A DNA stretch of 20,000 nucleotides from Chiloscyllium plagiosum. Taxonomy: Eukaryota. A model generated the notes under the pieces. That model was given only the letters and a program-made list of their open reading frames with translations. It searched no databases and was not told the origin of the DNA. Position 1 is the first letter of the stretch. The number at the start of each line of letters is the position of its first letter. Position numbers and translations under genes: made by a program. Below are positions 19,748 through 20,000 of this stretch, piece after piece. The DNA lies in assembly GCF_004010195.1 (NCBI RefSeq), contig NC_057719.1:59881394-59901393 (forward strand), written 5' to 3'.

Positions 19748-20000
19748 ATATAACCAGGAAATTTAGAGTCTCCTCAGATTAGGGCACTGTCTCTGTTCTG
19801 GCTGGTTAAATATATATAACCAGGAGATTTATAGTCTCCTCAGGTTTGGGTCCTGCCTCTGGGCTGGTTTGTGAATTATGTGAGCAGAAGGTTTTGAGTC
19901 TCCTCAGTTTAGGGCAGTGACTCTGTTCTGGCTGGTTAAATAAATATATTTATCCAGGAGATTTAGAGTCTCCTCAGCTAAGGACACTGCCTCTGGGCTA
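19748..20000. repeat. Satellite/minisatellite with ~64-70 bp monomers in alternating A/B dimers; runs off the window
   Basis: The core AGTCTCCTCAG starts at 19767, 19833, 19897 and 19967. Units alternate CTCTGTTCTGGCTGGTTAAATA (A) and CTGCCTCTGGGCT (B). Confidence 0.9.

Noticed and set aside
19748..20000. Conserved AGTCTCCTCAG core with variable intervening sequence, superficially CRISPR-like; the minus strand has CTGAGGA
   Set aside because: The intervening sequences are homologous to each other, the context is eukaryotic and there are no cas genes. No GAAA box follows CTGAGGA, so it is not a hammerhead.

Overview
Repeat-dense, non-coding vertebrate genomic DNA. It is most likely from a shark or ray, inferred from an HE1-type V-SINE and HER1/CR1-type LINEs with short tandem-repeat tails. 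No host protein-coding exon could be supported, and the recognisable ORFs are transposon fragments or their antisense shadows. From left to right: the 5' end of a decayed L1 (ORF1 pseudogene, short 5'UTR, tandem YY1 motifs); about 4 kb of AT-rich unique DNA; a cluster of CR1-clade LINE fragments (5-12 kb) that includes a tail-to-tail inverted pair; a Penelope-like element (PLE) remnant with a GIY-YIG endonuclease; PIF/Harbinger-like Myb/SANT remnants; a V-SINE; and the start of a ~65-bp dimeric satellite. The most interesting signal is four minimal hammerhead-ribozyme motifs (CUGAnGA-A-stem II-GAAA-NN-UH, two with decayed cores) in PLE termini and in short non-autonomous PLE-derived insertions. 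In one insertion (5819-5918), a perfect 36-bp inverted repeat closes exactly on the ribozyme core and ends at the predicted cleavage site. All family assignments come from motif recognition by eye, not database searches.
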